The notes under the pieces were generated by a model. The model did not search any database. It had not been told where the DNA came from and saw nothing but the letters and a program-made list of their open reading frames with translations. From positions 5,250,001 to 5,282,000 of the forward strand of contig NZ_CP064923.1 in the NCBI RefSeq assembly GCF_018336915.1: DNA of 32,000 bases. The letters are read 5' to 3'. Position numbers and translations under genes: made by a program. Of this stretch, positions 9,183 to 18,432 are shown in pieces. This DNA is from Acaryochloris marina S15. Lineage in GTDB: Bacteria; Cyanobacteriota; Cyanobacteriia; Thermosynechococcales; Thermosynechococcaceae. Position 1 is the stretch's first letter. Each line of letters opens with the position of its first letter.

Positions 9183-10352
9183 ATGAAACTGGCAGACCGC
9201 ATTGGTCAGGTGTCTTCATCCTTGACCTTAGCCATCTCAGCAAAAGCAAAAGCAATGCGGGCTGACGGTATTGATGTCTTAAGCTTTAGTGCTGGCGAAC
9301 CCGATTTTGACACCCCTGAGCACATCAAAGCCGCTGCCAAACAGGCATTAGATCAAGGGAAAACCAAATATGGCCCGGCCCCAGGCGAGCCTCAACTGCG
9401 AGCCGCGATTGCCCATAAATTGCAGCAAGAAAATCGCTTAAATTTTCAAACTGAGAATGTGCTGGTGACAAATGGGGGCAAGCAATCCCTCTACAACTTA
9501 ATGCAGGTTCTCCTCAATCCTGGTGATGAGGTAATCATTCCTGCCCCCTACTGGCTCAGTTATCCCGAGATGGTGAAATTGGCTGGGGGAGTTCCGATCA
9601 CCTTAACCACCGATGCCCAAACCGGCTTTAAAATCACCCCTGCCCAGCTCCAAGCAGCAATCACACCCCGCACTCGCCTATTAGTCCTCAACTCTCCGTC
9701 GAATCCCACGGGGATGGTCTATACCCCTGCTGAAATTTCGGCACTCGCAGAGGTTATTGTCGCCGCCAACCTTTGGGTTGTATCGGACGAAATCTACGAG
9801 AGAATTTTATATGATGGCGCTGAACAGCTGAGCATCGGCGCGGTCAGTGAGGCCGCATTTCAACGAACCATTATCAGCAATGGGTTTGCCAAAGCGTATT
9901 CGATGACAGGATGGCGGATTGGTTATTTAGCAGGTCCCTTGGAACTCATTCAAGCAGTGGGACGACTGCAAAGCCATAGTACGTCTAATGTTTGTACCTT
10001 CGCTCAATATGGTGCCATCGCCGCTCTAGAAGGCTCCCAAGATTGCGTAGACATTATGCGCCAAGCCTTTGATCAACGACGTCGGCTGATGTTTCAGCTC
10101 CTGACGGATATTCCTGGTGTGACCTGTCCCCAACCCCAAGGGGCATTTTATATGTTTCCAGATATTAGCTTTACGGGCTTAGGATCCATCGCTTTTTGTG
10201 AAGCCTTGCTTGAACAGTGTCATGTAGCAGCTGTTCCCGGCGTCGCCTTCGGGGCCGATCAATGTATTCGGCTGTCCTACGCAACTGATCAAACGAGTAT
10301 TGAGCAAGGTATAGAACGGCTTGCCCAGTTCATTACGACCGTTAGCCCCTAG
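9183..10352 (+). CDS. aspC: PLP-dependent aminotransferase, class I (aspartate aminotransferase-like)
   Basis: [21 protein letters not shown] and [17 protein letters not shown] (the PLP-lysine motif SxxK..MTGWRxGY) are present. Confidence 0.85.
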   Translation: MKLADRIGQVSSSLTLAISAKAKAMRADGIDVLSFSAGEPDFDTPEHIKAAAKQALDQGKTKYGPAPGEPQLRAAIAHKLQQENRLNFQTENVLVTNGGKQSLYNLMQVLLNPGDEVIIPAPYWLSYPEMVKLAGGVPITLTTDAQTGFKITPAQLQAAITPRTRLLVLNSPSNPTGMVYTPAEISALAEVIVAANLWVVSDEIYERILYDGAEQLSIGAVSEAAFQRTIISNGFAKAYSMTGWRIGYLAGPLELIQAVGRLQSHSTSNVCTFAQYGAIAALEGSQDCVDIMRQAFDQRRRLMFQLLTDIPGVTCPQPQGAFYMFPDISFTGLGSIAFCEALLEQCHVAAVPGVAFGADQCIRLSYATDQTSIEQGIERLAQFITTVSP

Positions 10353-10594
10353 ATCCTTTTCTTGTAACACCCTATCTGCCTGAAAGTGGCTCGCGCACAG
10401 CCATCAAGCCCCAATAAATGTGTCAAAGCTTAGCAATCTCAGCCGTTGTTTCCGATGAAACGGTATGCTTTGCATAAGATTCACTGAATAATGGATAACT
10501 GCTTTGCCCATTCACATCTTGGGGGTAAATGCTCGCCTTTCATCCTTTCCGCGAGCAACCTTAGAGCTGTGCTGTTTAGGGTCTTGCCCAACTC

Positions 10595-12691
10595 ATGAAA
10601 CAACTTCTTTACCTGGAAATTCCCACGTCGGATCTAGCAGCCGTTCAAACTTGGTTGCATCAGCAAACCGCAGAAACGCTGGGCTTAAGTGCTAGCGTTC
10701 TGACATCCACCCCGTCAGGGATACATATTTCAACAGGTCCCGCGAAACTCGTCGTGTTTCTGTGGCAACATCTCAACACCACCTATCTGAAAGTCATGCA
10801 ATGGTCTGATCAGCCATTATCAGGACAACAAGAGTGGATCCGTACCTTTGAAGCTACGCTCAAATCCGTTTTCCCCTACGCTCCCAAACCTTTCCCAGAA
10901 ATTGATCTGTCCCAAACTGATATTTTTTCAGCCTTAGCCCCCTACTACCCATTAACAGCAAAGTACTTCCAAAACATTCCTAATGGTGAGGCAGACTTGC
11001 AGCGCGCCTATTGGTGGGAAAAACGCTGGCGAGACACCGTAAAACTCGGCCCCCAACCGCCAAAAGTTCAGCCCATTATGCATACTGCACCACCAGCAGA
11101 ACCCGATTCAACCTGGGATATTGTGATTGTGGGCGGTGCTCTGGGGGCTTTGACAGCAGCCATGATGGCTCGATTGGGCTACAAAGTGGCCTTAGTGGAG
11201 CGGATCAAATTTGGCCGTATGAATCGGGAGTGGAATATTTCTCGCAGTGAACTACAAACCCTAGTTGATGTCGGTTTGTTGACAGCAGAAGAGCTAGAAA
11301 CGTTAATTGCTCGCGAATACAAAGATAATTTTAATCAGTTTTTTAGTGGCAATAATCCACCTGCAGCTCGGTCTTCCGTTCTCTATACACCAACCGTTCT
11401 CAATGTTGCCATGGACTGTGATCGACTGCTGCAGCTTTGTGGGGAAAAACTGTTGGCCGCTGGGGGCCAAATCTTTGAATGCACAGAATTTGAGCAAGCC
11501 TATTTAGAAGCAGACTCTGTGACGATGCAGGTGCGAGACTTAAGTACCGATCAAGTGTCTTATATGCAGTCCCGACTGCTGATCGATGCCATGGGTACTG
11601 CCTCGCAAATTGCCCAACAGATTAATGGCGGACAGGCCTTTGATAGTGTTTGTCCAACGATTGGTGGTGTGGTTAAAGATGGTTTTGCTCCGGGCGTGTG
11701 GGACCAAAATTATGGGGAGCCTCTATTTACCAACGGCGATACCAGTCGTGGTCGCCAGCTGATCTGGGAAATGTTTCCTGGCGAAGGCAACGATATCACC
11801 ATTTATTTGTTCTATTACCATCAGATTTCCCCAGAGAATCCAGGGTCTTTACTAGAGCTTTTTGAAGATTTCTTTGCCTGTTTACCGGACTATCGCCGCT
11901 GCGATTTAGATCAATTGGAATGGCGAAAAGCTGCCTTTGGCTATATTCCAGGACGCTTTAGCCGCAATGCCCAAGATCGGTTACCGGGGTGCGATCGCAT
12001 CCTCTCCATTGGCGATGCAGCGTCCTTAAATTCTCCCCTGATCTTCACCGGGTTCGGCTCTTTAGTTCGCAACCTACCTCGGGTCACCCATTTATTGCAT
12101 ACTGCCTTACAAAATAACCTCTTATCAGGCGAAGCTCTCGGACTGGTCAATGCCTACCAAGACAACCTAGCCGCCACCTGGATTTTCTCTCGTGGAATGA
12201 TGGCTAAACCGCAAAGCACCTTACCGCCCTATTGGATTAACGCCATCCTCAATGCTTTCTTTGGCGTTCTCAGTACTGAACCCCCCGATCAAGTCGATGA
12301 CTTCATCAAAGATCGCGGAGGCTGGCTATTTATGACCCGTACCATTCTGAAAGCGGGCGTGCGCATGCCCCAAATCCCCTGGTGGGTAGCCCGTGCTATT
12401 GGCCTGAAAGAACTGCTCAACTGGGTCCCCACTTACCTCACCTTTACCTGGACCGCCATCCTCGCCTTCTTCTTTAGTGGCTGGTTACCCCAGCTTTTAC
12501 AGCGTTGGCAAACTCCTTTATCTCAACGTTGGCCCCATCTCTGGCTGCAGCTCTTAAGCTGGTGTTACCGGTTAACCTATGGAATGGGTAAACCCCAACT
12601 CCTCCTACGTCTACCGCCCCTTACTGATTCTCCATCCGATTCTGAGATCAAAGTGCCCACCAGTGAAACCGTCTCCAGTCTCTCTGGTTAA
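10595..12691 (+). CDS. FAD-dependent oxidoreductase with an N-terminal unknown domain and hydrophobic C-terminus; possibly a CruA/CruP-like lycopene cyclase family member
   Basis: A Rossmann dinucleotide fingerprint DIVIVGGALGALTAAMMARLGYKVALVER begins near aa 175. GDAAS sits near aa 470. C-terminal hydrophobic helices are present (VPTYLTFTWTAILAFFFSGWLPQLL). The family assignment is from recollection of its architecture only. Confidence 0.6.
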   Translation: MKQLLYLEIPTSDLAAVQTWLHQQTAETLGLSASVLTSTPSGIHISTGPAKLVVFLWQHLNTTYLKVMQWSDQPLSGQQEWIRTFEATLKSVFPYAPKPFPEIDLSQTDIFSALAPYYPLTAKYFQNIPNGEADLQRAYWWEKRWRDTVKLGPQPPKVQPIMHTAPPAEPDSTWDIVIVGGALGALTAAMMARLGYKVALVERIKFGRMNREWNISRSELQTLVDVGLLTAEELETLIAREYKDNFNQFFSGNNPPAARSSVLYTPTVLNVAMDCDRLLQLCGEKLLAAGGQIFECTEFEQAYLEADSVTMQVRDLSTDQVSYMQSRLLIDAMGTASQIAQQINGGQAFDSVCPTIGGVVKDGFAPGVWDQNYGEPLFTNGDTSRGRQLIWEMFPGEGNDITIYLFYYHQISPENPGSLLELFEDFFACLPDYRRCDLDQLEWRKAAFGYIPGRFSRNAQDRLPGCDRILSIGDAASLNSPLIFTGFGSLVRNLPRVTHLLHTALQNNLLSGEALGLVNAYQDNLAATWIFSRGMMAKPQSTLPPYWINAILNAFFGVLSTEPPDQVDDFIKDRGGWLFMTRTILKAGVRMPQIPWWVARAIGLKELLNWVPTYLTFTWTAILAFFFSGWLPQLLQRWQTPLSQRWPHLWLQLLSWCYRLTYGMGKPQLLLRLPPLTDSPSDSEIKVPTSETVSSLSG

Positions 12692-12807
12692 ATCAGCAAA
12701 GCATTCACCGCCAGAGATTTGGAGTTGTCGGTATCCACGCCGTATAGTAAGGCTAATTCCCACGACTATCGCAACATCACTGTAGATATCCTAGGTGAGG
12801 AGTTGGT

Positions 12808-13293
12808 ATGGGTTTACAGCATTTGAGCTTCGCCATCAATCCTGTACAAACTGCCTTAGACAGGTGGTTTCAAAGTTTAGCAGCCAGTTATCCTGCACTC
12901 TCTTGGATGGTAGGTCATCCTATCCTGGCCGTTATCAGCCTCTTAGTACTATTAGCCATTATTCAAATCCTCTTGGGGTGGATTAGCAGTGGCATCAGAC
13001 ATCTTCTATTTACAATCTTCAAATCTCCCTATTCTTTGGTGCGATGGCTATTAGGAAAAACTGCAGCCCCCTTAAATCCTCCTAAGCCCAACAAATGGTC
13101 TAAGGGTAAAAGCACTGAGCAAGTCTCAACCCTCTTAAAACGTCTAGATCATCATCACCGAGAACAAGAGAAGTTAATCTTAGAACTCACTACCCTCATT
13201 CATAACGGTTCCGATACCCACCTCCTCGAAGGTTCTAGGGACACTTCCACCACCTCCTCCGATACCACTCCTTCTAAAATTTCATCTTCATAG
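12808..13293 (+). CDS. Hypothetical membrane protein with one or two TM helices and a Ser/Thr-rich tail
   Basis: GAGGAG SD lies 7 nt upstream. The TM segment is HPILAVISLLVLLAIIQILLGWI. No recognisable catalytic motif. Confidence 0.5.
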   Translation: MGLQHLSFAINPVQTALDRWFQSLAASYPALSWMVGHPILAVISLLVLLAIIQILLGWISSGIRHLLFTIFKSPYSLVRWLLGKTAAPLNPPKPNKWSKGKSTEQVSTLLKRLDHHHREQEKLILELTTLIHNGSDTHLLEGSRDTSTTSSDTTPSKISSS

Positions 13294-13405
13294 CACGAAA
13301 GCTTTAGCTCCATGAGGCAATTTAGAAAGTGTTCTATAGGTCTCTTAATTTAGGGAAGATTTCGGTCTAGAATGGTAGCCCAAAGCAGCAAGTAGATGAG
13401 TATAA

Positions 13406-13603
13406 ATGACTAGTCAAACAATTATTTCTGAACCAGCTGCAGCTCAGCGGCCTGTTTCCACCCTATCTACGAGCAGCAACGACGCTCGCCTAGTTGAGAC
13501 CGTCAAGCATGTCTATAAATCTGATCATCAAGCTGAGTACTTAGAGATTAAAGCCCAAATCGAGTCGCTATTGCAGCAAATTCAGACAGAAATGCAAGCT
13601 TAA
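13406..13603 (+). CDS. Hypothetical small soluble protein (65 aa) with a helical, coiled-coil-like C-terminus
   Basis: ORF with TAGAAT about 35 nt upstream. The codon usage looks normal. No recognisable family. Confidence 0.4.
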   Translation: MTSQTIISEPAAAQRPVSTLSTSSNDARLVETVKHVYKSDHQAEYLEIKAQIESLLQQIQTEMQA

Positions 13604-13802
13604 TCCTCTAAAACAGAGAAAAGCTCGATAAAAACTATTTATTGCAGTCTTAATACTCATAGACAGTTATATCAACTAGTTTTCACCCCGAGCGAGCAGG
13701 CAGCCTGGTAACGTTACATTCCGTATCTGATGGGGCATATGTAAATCAAGGATAGGTGTAATATTGTTGTTGGCCTTTTATTGGCATCCTGCCACCATAA
13801 CA

Positions 13803-14267
13803 ATGGCTCAAGTCTTCCCTTCAAAACTTGATTATGAACAGAGCTATCCTTGTCCTGTCTGTCGTAATGGCCAATTAGATCGCCTAATTTTAATGGATGC
13901 CTTTGCCTGTAGCACATGCAATCATATCTTTTCAGCCAACCTTAACCAGCAATCCATTTGTTTAGCAGATCGTACTCCAGCGATTGGTTGGCGCTGGGCG
14001 CGCCAACATTGGCACCCTCTTCATCACCCTGACATTGATTTTCCGTTGGGAATCTGGCTCCTTTGTAGCGGTCTTACTGTTTTACCCCCAACGATTCTGT
14101 GGATCATGCACCACATGTTTCCGCCATTAGACAACTCTGCCCATTCATTTCCGTTACTTTGGATCGGCATCGTCGGTTTAACCCATGGCTTAATCGCCTT
14201 ATGGATTTTGGCAGAGTTTTACCAATTGCCGCTCTACCTATCCTGGAAGTTCCGATGGCAATCTTGA
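13803..14267 (+). CDS. Hypothetical zinc-ribbon membrane protein
   Basis: CPVCRNG...CSTCNH (two CxxC pairs) is followed by two or three TM helices (LGIWLLCSGLTVLPPTILWIM and LLWIGIVGLTHGLIALWILAEF). I prefer ATG 13803 over the TTG at 13764. Confidence 0.55.
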   Translation: MAQVFPSKLDYEQSYPCPVCRNGQLDRLILMDAFACSTCNHIFSANLNQQSICLADRTPAIGWRWARQHWHPLHHPDIDFPLGIWLLCSGLTVLPPTILWIMHHMFPPLDNSAHSFPLLWIGIVGLTHGLIALWILAEFYQLPLYLSWKFRWQS

Positions 14268-14275
14268 ATCAAATC

Positions 14276-14971
14276 TTACCCTGCATAGCTTAAAGCCCCT
14301 AATACCTCTAAATCCAACCCAGAGGCCACTTCAGCAAGTACTGTTCGATTAGTCGGATCAGACAAATGAGGCACCTGCCCAATCACTGGCACCTGAGTCA
14401 GGGCTTGGATCATGTCGATCGGTGCCCATTGCTGTATTTCTTCTGTGGATAATACACCCGTGGCATTCAAAATGATGCCCTTGATATCCAGCCCAAATTG
14501 TCGTGCTAAAGCTACATGGGCAACGGCCTGTCCCATACACCCCAATCGAATTGGCACAACCAATACAATGGGAAACCGCCAATCCCTAGCAATATCAGCA
14601 ACGATCAACTCATCTGTGACTGGAGAGCCTAAACTGCCTACACCTTCTACCAACACCCAATCAAACTGAGCCTGCAACTGTTGAACCGCTTGCCAAGCGG
14701 GTAATAAATCAACCACCTGACCTGCCAGCCTTGCTGCTAATGGGGGGGCTAACGGTTGTTCGAAATACAGAGGGTTCAAGGTTTCAGGAGGTTGATTTAG
14801 ATCAAAAACCTCGGTATACCATTCCCGATCTCCTAGCCCAGATTGCACCGGTTTACAGACCGCAATCCTTTCATGTGGCCGATACATCTGCCAATAAGCC
14901 ACCAAGGCTGATGTAACAATTGTTTTGCCAATTTCTGTATCTGTACCACTAATTAAAAGAGTCTGTGTCAC
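14276..14971 (-). CDS. bioD: Dethiobiotin synthetase
   Basis: The N-terminal P-loop is LLISGTDTEIGKT. VEGVGSLGSP is present. Size is 231 aa. Confidence 0.85.
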   Translation of the reverse strand: MTQTLLISGTDTEIGKTIVTSALVAYWQMYRPHERIAVCKPVQSGLGDREWYTEVFDLNQPPETLNPLYFEQPLAPPLAARLAGQVVDLLPAWQAVQQLQAQFDWVLVEGVGSLGSPVTDELIVADIARDWRFPIVLVVPIRLGCMGQAVAHVALARQFGLDIKGIILNATGVLSTEEIQQWAPIDMIQALTQVPVIGQVPHLSDPTNRTVLAEVASGLDLEVLGALSYAG

Positions 14972-14993
14972 AGCACTATTATCCTTACGCTGA

Positions 14994-15440
14994 CTATTGC
15001 TTATGTTGGCGGACTAACCAATAACTGATGGATAGTGAAAAGATTGCCACCGCCAGCCCTACAAGATCTAAACCGGATGATTTTGCAAAGTCAAAAATAA
15101 TCAGTTTACGTGCTACAGCGATCAAAGCCGTTGCAACCACCAACTGAACCTGCACTCCCTGATGATCGAGGTAAGCTTGAATATTTTCTAGAAGCTCTAG
15201 AGCAATCAGGATATTGAGGAATAGACCAAAAATCTCTAATACCGTTGACTGAAAGAATCCAATCGGTTCCGTTGACAACTCACGAATCACATTAAATCCC
15301 AGATCGAACAGGGAGAAGAAAATAACAATGACCAATGCAATGGATAAAATCTTGGCAACAGTTCCTTCAAACCAATGCAATAGCCGGAGAAAGGAAGCAT
15401 CACTGAAAACTTTAGCAATAGATCGATTGTTTCGCTTCAT
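14994..15440 (-). CDS. psiE: PsiE-family (phosphate-starvation-inducible E-like) membrane protein
   Basis: It has four TM helices. The pattern ALELLENIQAY...VVATALIAVARKLIIFD resembles E. coli PsiE (EFIALIVKYF...IGITAIVRLIIVD). It ends 22 nt upstream of bioD on the same strand. Confidence 0.55.
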   Translation of the reverse strand: MKRNNRSIAKVFSDASFLRLLHWFEGTVAKILSIALVIVIFFSLFDLGFNVIRELSTEPIGFFQSTVLEIFGLFLNILIALELLENIQAYLDHQGVQVQLVVATALIAVARKLIIFDFAKSSGLDLVGLAVAIFSLSISYWLVRQHKQ

Positions 15441-15639
15441 GGGGAATATTGAAGGGCTGCTGGGTTATCAAAGTGAACGATGAATCATATTACAGAAACT
15501 TGATTCAGTAGCACTGGCACCAGATAATGAGAAAGCTGGAGTAATACAGTAAATTTTTGCTTAGACTCTTAGCCTATTTTTGCTAAGTTTGCTAAGTAAT
15601 CTGTATTATCGTTTTGCCCATTTTCATAGGAATCTGATT

Positions 15640-15744
15640 ATGATCAGCGACATTTTACCCGCAATTATGACGCCTCTGGTTGTTTTAATCGGTGGTGGGG
15701 CTGCTATGACAGCCTTCTTTTATTATGTTGAACGTGAAGGCTAA
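15640..15744 (+). CDS. Candidate 34-aa single-TM peptide, unassigned
   Basis: Not in the ORF track. It translates to MISDILPAIMTPLVVLIGGGAAMTAFFYYVEREG. GGA is the only SD-like element upstream. A strong terminator follows at 15848..15880. It does not match any small PSII/PSI/b6f subunit I can recall. Confidence 0.4.
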   Translation: MISDILPAIMTPLVVLIGGGAAMTAFFYYVEREG

Positions 15745-15847
15745 TTGATGGCGGTTAATCCATCAACTCATTCTATGCATTTCACATAGCCGACCTTGCT
15801 TAATGGACGGCTTCGTATAGCAAGAAGTCATAACAAGCATCCTAATT

Positions 15848-15880
15848 AAAAAGGGGAGTCAGTTAACTGACTCCCCTTTT
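15848..15880. terminator. Bidirectional rho-independent terminator shared by psbEFLJ (minus strand) and the 34-aa ORF (plus strand)
   Basis: AAAAA-GGGGAGTCAG-TTAA-CTGACTCCCC-TTTT forms a perfect 10-bp GC-rich stem (15853..15862 with 15867..15876). The flanking A-run and T-run give a U-tail on both strands. Confidence 0.75.
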
Positions 15881-15901
15881 AGGTATCGCAAAAATGCTAG
15901 C

Positions 15902-16018
15902 TTACAGGGAAGAACCCAAGCCTGCATATGCTCCATAGAAAAAGAGACCTACAATTGCAATGAGGGCGGTCCCTGCGACTGTCCCTACTAGCCATAATGG
16001 AACTTTTCCATCTGCCAC
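15902..16018 (-). CDS. psbJ: Photosystem II protein PsbJ
   Basis: Not in the ORF track. GTG start at 16018 with AGGAGG upstream. It translates to (M)[37 protein letters not shown], matching the PsbJ consensus (..IPLW..G...G....G.FFYG.Y.GLGSS.). Confidence 0.85.
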   Translation of the reverse strand: MADGKVPLWLVGTVAGTALIAIVGLFFYGAYAGLGSSL

Positions 16019-16109
16019 AGACTTTTCCTCCTAAAATTACTAGCAAAGTTTATGCATAGAATAGTTTGTTCTCAAAAACGCTTATCAAATGGATAAACGG
16101 AATTTTATG

Positions 16110-16226
16110 TTAGTTAAAAAAGTAGCTTGAGAACAATAAAGCTAAAACAAGAACAAGTAGCAAGCCAATAAAGAGCGATGCACGATTCAACTCTACGGGT
16201 TGCTTATTCGGATTGGGTGTTGCCAT
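16110..16226 (-). CDS. psbL: Photosystem II protein PsbL
   Basis: Not in the ORF track. It translates to [38 protein letters not shown], matching the canonical PNPN.QPVELNR.SLY.GLLL...[10 protein letters not shown]. Confidence 0.9.
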   Translation of the reverse strand: MATPNPNKQPVELNRASLFIGLLLVLVLALLFSSYFFN

Positions 16227-16235
16227 TAACGTCTC

Positions 16236-16370
16236 CTATCTCTGAATGAACTGCATAGCTGCGATTGCACCCAGGAAGAAGGTAACCGGGACACCTAGGG
16301 TATGAACAGCCAACCAACGCACTGTAAAAACTGGATATGTAACCGGTTCTTTTGAAAGTCTACTGGTCAT
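16236..16370 (-). CDS. psbF: Cytochrome b559 beta subunit
   Basis: Not in the ORF track. It translates to [44 protein letters not shown]. The heme-ligand His lies in RWLAVHTL. Confidence 0.9.
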   Translation of the reverse strand: MTSRLSKEPVTYPVFTVRWLAVHTLGVPVTFFLGAIAAMQFIQR

Positions 16371-16378
16371 TGTTATAA

Positions 16379-16630
16379 CTATAGTCCTTTTGTAAATTCA
16401 TCAATTTGTTGCTTACCTTCATAACGATCAGTAACCAAAGGTAACCCTTGTCGAGCTTGGTCAAAGTACTCGTTAGGTCTTGGCGTTCCAAACACGTCAT
16501 AAGCCAGACCTGTACTTACGAATAGCCATCCTGCTAAAAACAGCATTGGCACCGTAATGGTATGGATAATCCAATAACGAATGCTTGTAACGATATCACC
16601 AAAGGGTCGTTCACCAGTTCTACCAGACAA
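16379..16630 (-). CDS. psbE: Cytochrome b559 alpha subunit
   Basis: It translates to [28 protein letters not shown]...[10 protein letters not shown] place the start at TTG 16630, which gives the canonical MSG.TGERPF N-terminus with AGGAGG 7 nt upstream. The track's GTG at 16639 directly abuts the SD. Confidence 0.9.
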   Translation of the reverse strand: MSGRTGERPFGDIVTSIRYWIIHTITVPMLFLAGWLFVSTGLAYDVFGTPRPNEYFDQARQGLPLVTDRYEGKQQIDEFTKGL

Positions 16631-16760
16631 TTCAAACACCTCCTATGAACACAGTCATGATACTTAATCATACGAAACCATCGGACGTCCCACAAGTAAA
16701 ACCTGAAGTTTACTTCCGCTAGCCGTCCAAACAAGAGGAAAGCGGAGGACTTAGTACCCT

Positions 16761-17774
16761 TTAAGCTGATGCTTTCGGGGGAGCAATAAAACGCAATAGC
16801 GTCCCTGATTGCCCAATAATGAACCCTTGGTCAGAAGAAACAAAAATAATCTTGTAGAGGTTGGATGGTACATCCTCTACCGTCGTATCTTTTTGCCAAG
16901 TTTGGCCACCATCTAGGCTACATAGTAATGTGCCGCTGCCCCCTGACACCCAAACTTCTTCAGGAGTCCGGTAAGCCAAATCTAAGAGTCCAATTTTAGT
17001 ATTGCCAGGAGTAAATGCTTCATCCCAGGCATAGTCTCCATCCTCAAGAAAACCGTTACTGAATTGAACCTGGCCACCTTTGTTTAAAATCCAGGGATTG
17101 CCACTCGGATCGTATCCCATGGTTTGAATTCGTCTTGCACCATTTCGATCATGGCTTTGCCAGGAGGTTTGACCTGGATCAAAAGTGTTGTAGAAACTAC
17201 CCCGAGAGGAAATTGCGACATACTGACCATCTTCAGATCGGTTAATATTACGCGTTGCTCCCGTTGCCTCTTCCACTAAAGCAGTCCAATGCTGGGCTTC
17301 ATCCCGAGTTTGGTAAATGGCACCTAGATCGGTGATCATCTCCACCGACTTAGGACCTAAAGCAGTGACTTGATAGGGAGTCCCGGGTAGTTGAGTACTC
17401 AGCGACACTCGTGACCAAGACTTTCCACCATCGGTCGTATGGAGCAGAATGGAAGGCTCACCCACAATCCAACCTTCATCCCCAGAAAAGCTGATGGATG
17501 AAAAGCGATAGTCTAAGTCTCCCAGGGAAAGAGGACGTGGCTCCCAAGATTTACCCCCATCAAAGGTTTCTAAGAGCGCAGAGTTAGTTCCCACCAGCCA
17601 GCCATGCTCTGGGGAAGCAAAACTGACGTCTAAGACGGCGGAGTCAGTCGGCAACGCGACAGATTCCCAAGATAGGGAATCCAACACTGGCAGACTGTTA
17701 CAGGCAGTTAAGAAAAATAAGGCGGCAACGATGGATATCCATTGCCTTGAAGTCTTTAGAATTGCTTTTATCAT
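16761..17774 (-). CDS. ycf48: Photosystem II assembly factor Ycf48 (HCF136 homolog), lipoprotein
   Basis: Lipobox LTAC follows the signal peptide. Repeated beta-propeller GG.SW motifs are present (TFDGGKSWEPR, TTDGGKSWSRV, SLDGGQTWQKD). Its position between rubA and psbE is the conserved one. Confidence 0.9.
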   Translation of the reverse strand: MIKAILKTSRQWISIVAALFFLTACNSLPVLDSLSWESVALPTDSAVLDVSFASPEHGWLVGTNSALLETFDGGKSWEPRPLSLGDLDYRFSSISFSGDEGWIVGEPSILLHTTDGGKSWSRVSLSTQLPGTPYQVTALGPKSVEMITDLGAIYQTRDEAQHWTALVEEATGATRNINRSEDGQYVAISSRGSFYNTFDPGQTSWQSHDRNGARRIQTMGYDPSGNPWILNKGGQVQFSNGFLEDGDYAWDEAFTPGNTKIGLLDLAYRTPEEVWVSGGSGTLLCSLDGGQTWQKDTTVEDVPSNLYKIIFVSSDQGFIIGQSGTLLRFIAPPKASA

Positions 17775-17882
17775 CTTGTTTTTGAACGGGCGATAGCGTA
17801 CTAGCCAATTGGTTGATTAGAAATTTTGCAATTGGCACAAAGCATCTCTTCGCGGATGGGCAAGGGAACGAATCGTTACAAC

Positions 17883-18227
17883 TTAGCCAGAAGAATAGAA
17901 GCTGAGTAAGAACAGAAATATCGATAACAACGCGCCAAAAATCAGCAGGTTTTTCTTGCCTGGGGGCAGTGAATTAACCCCAAGGCCATAGCCTAGATTT
18001 TCAGCAAAACCCGAGGGAGCACCGACGGGTCCAATGTTGAAAAATTGCTCCGGAGGAGTTCGGCACACTGGGCATTTCCAGTCACCGGGAAGTTGATCAA
18101 ACAAAGTCCCTTGCGGAATCTTACGGCGTTTATCACCTTCATCAGGCTCATAGATGTATCCGCAAGATCGACATTCAAATCGATCCACAGATACTACTTC
18201 TTCATTTGAATCCGTCTCAGTAGACAT
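17883..18227 (-). CDS. rubA: Membrane-anchored rubredoxin RubA
   Basis: The rubredoxin CxxC pairs are CRSCGYIYEP and WKCPVCRTP. A C-terminal TM helix follows (LLIFGALLSIFLFLLSFY). Confidence 0.85.
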   Translation of the reverse strand: MSTETDSNEEVVSVDRFECRSCGYIYEPDEGDKRRKIPQGTLFDQLPGDWKCPVCRTPPEQFFNIGPVGAPSGFAENLGYGLGVNSLPPGKKNLLIFGALLSIFLFLLSFYSSG

Positions 18228-18432
18228 GACCTAAACTCGTGGAATTTCCACAATCCTAGAAATCTTTGTGAATTATTATGACATGGAACTTAATCACCTT
18301 GCTCAGGCTTCTATGCCTGAACCCAAAATTTAACCCTCATTCCTCAGCCTAGACCTGAGAACATGACACCTGAGTATGCTTAACTAAATATTGAGTAATG
18401 ATTTTGGAACAAGTTTGTAGGATCGATTAATT

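Noticed and set aside
16631-16639. The GTG start for psbE used by the ORF track (MFELSGR...)
   Set aside because: This GTG directly abuts the AGGAGG Shine-Dalgarno sequence, leaving no spacing. The TTG at 16630 sits 7 nt downstream and yields the canonical PsbE N-terminus.
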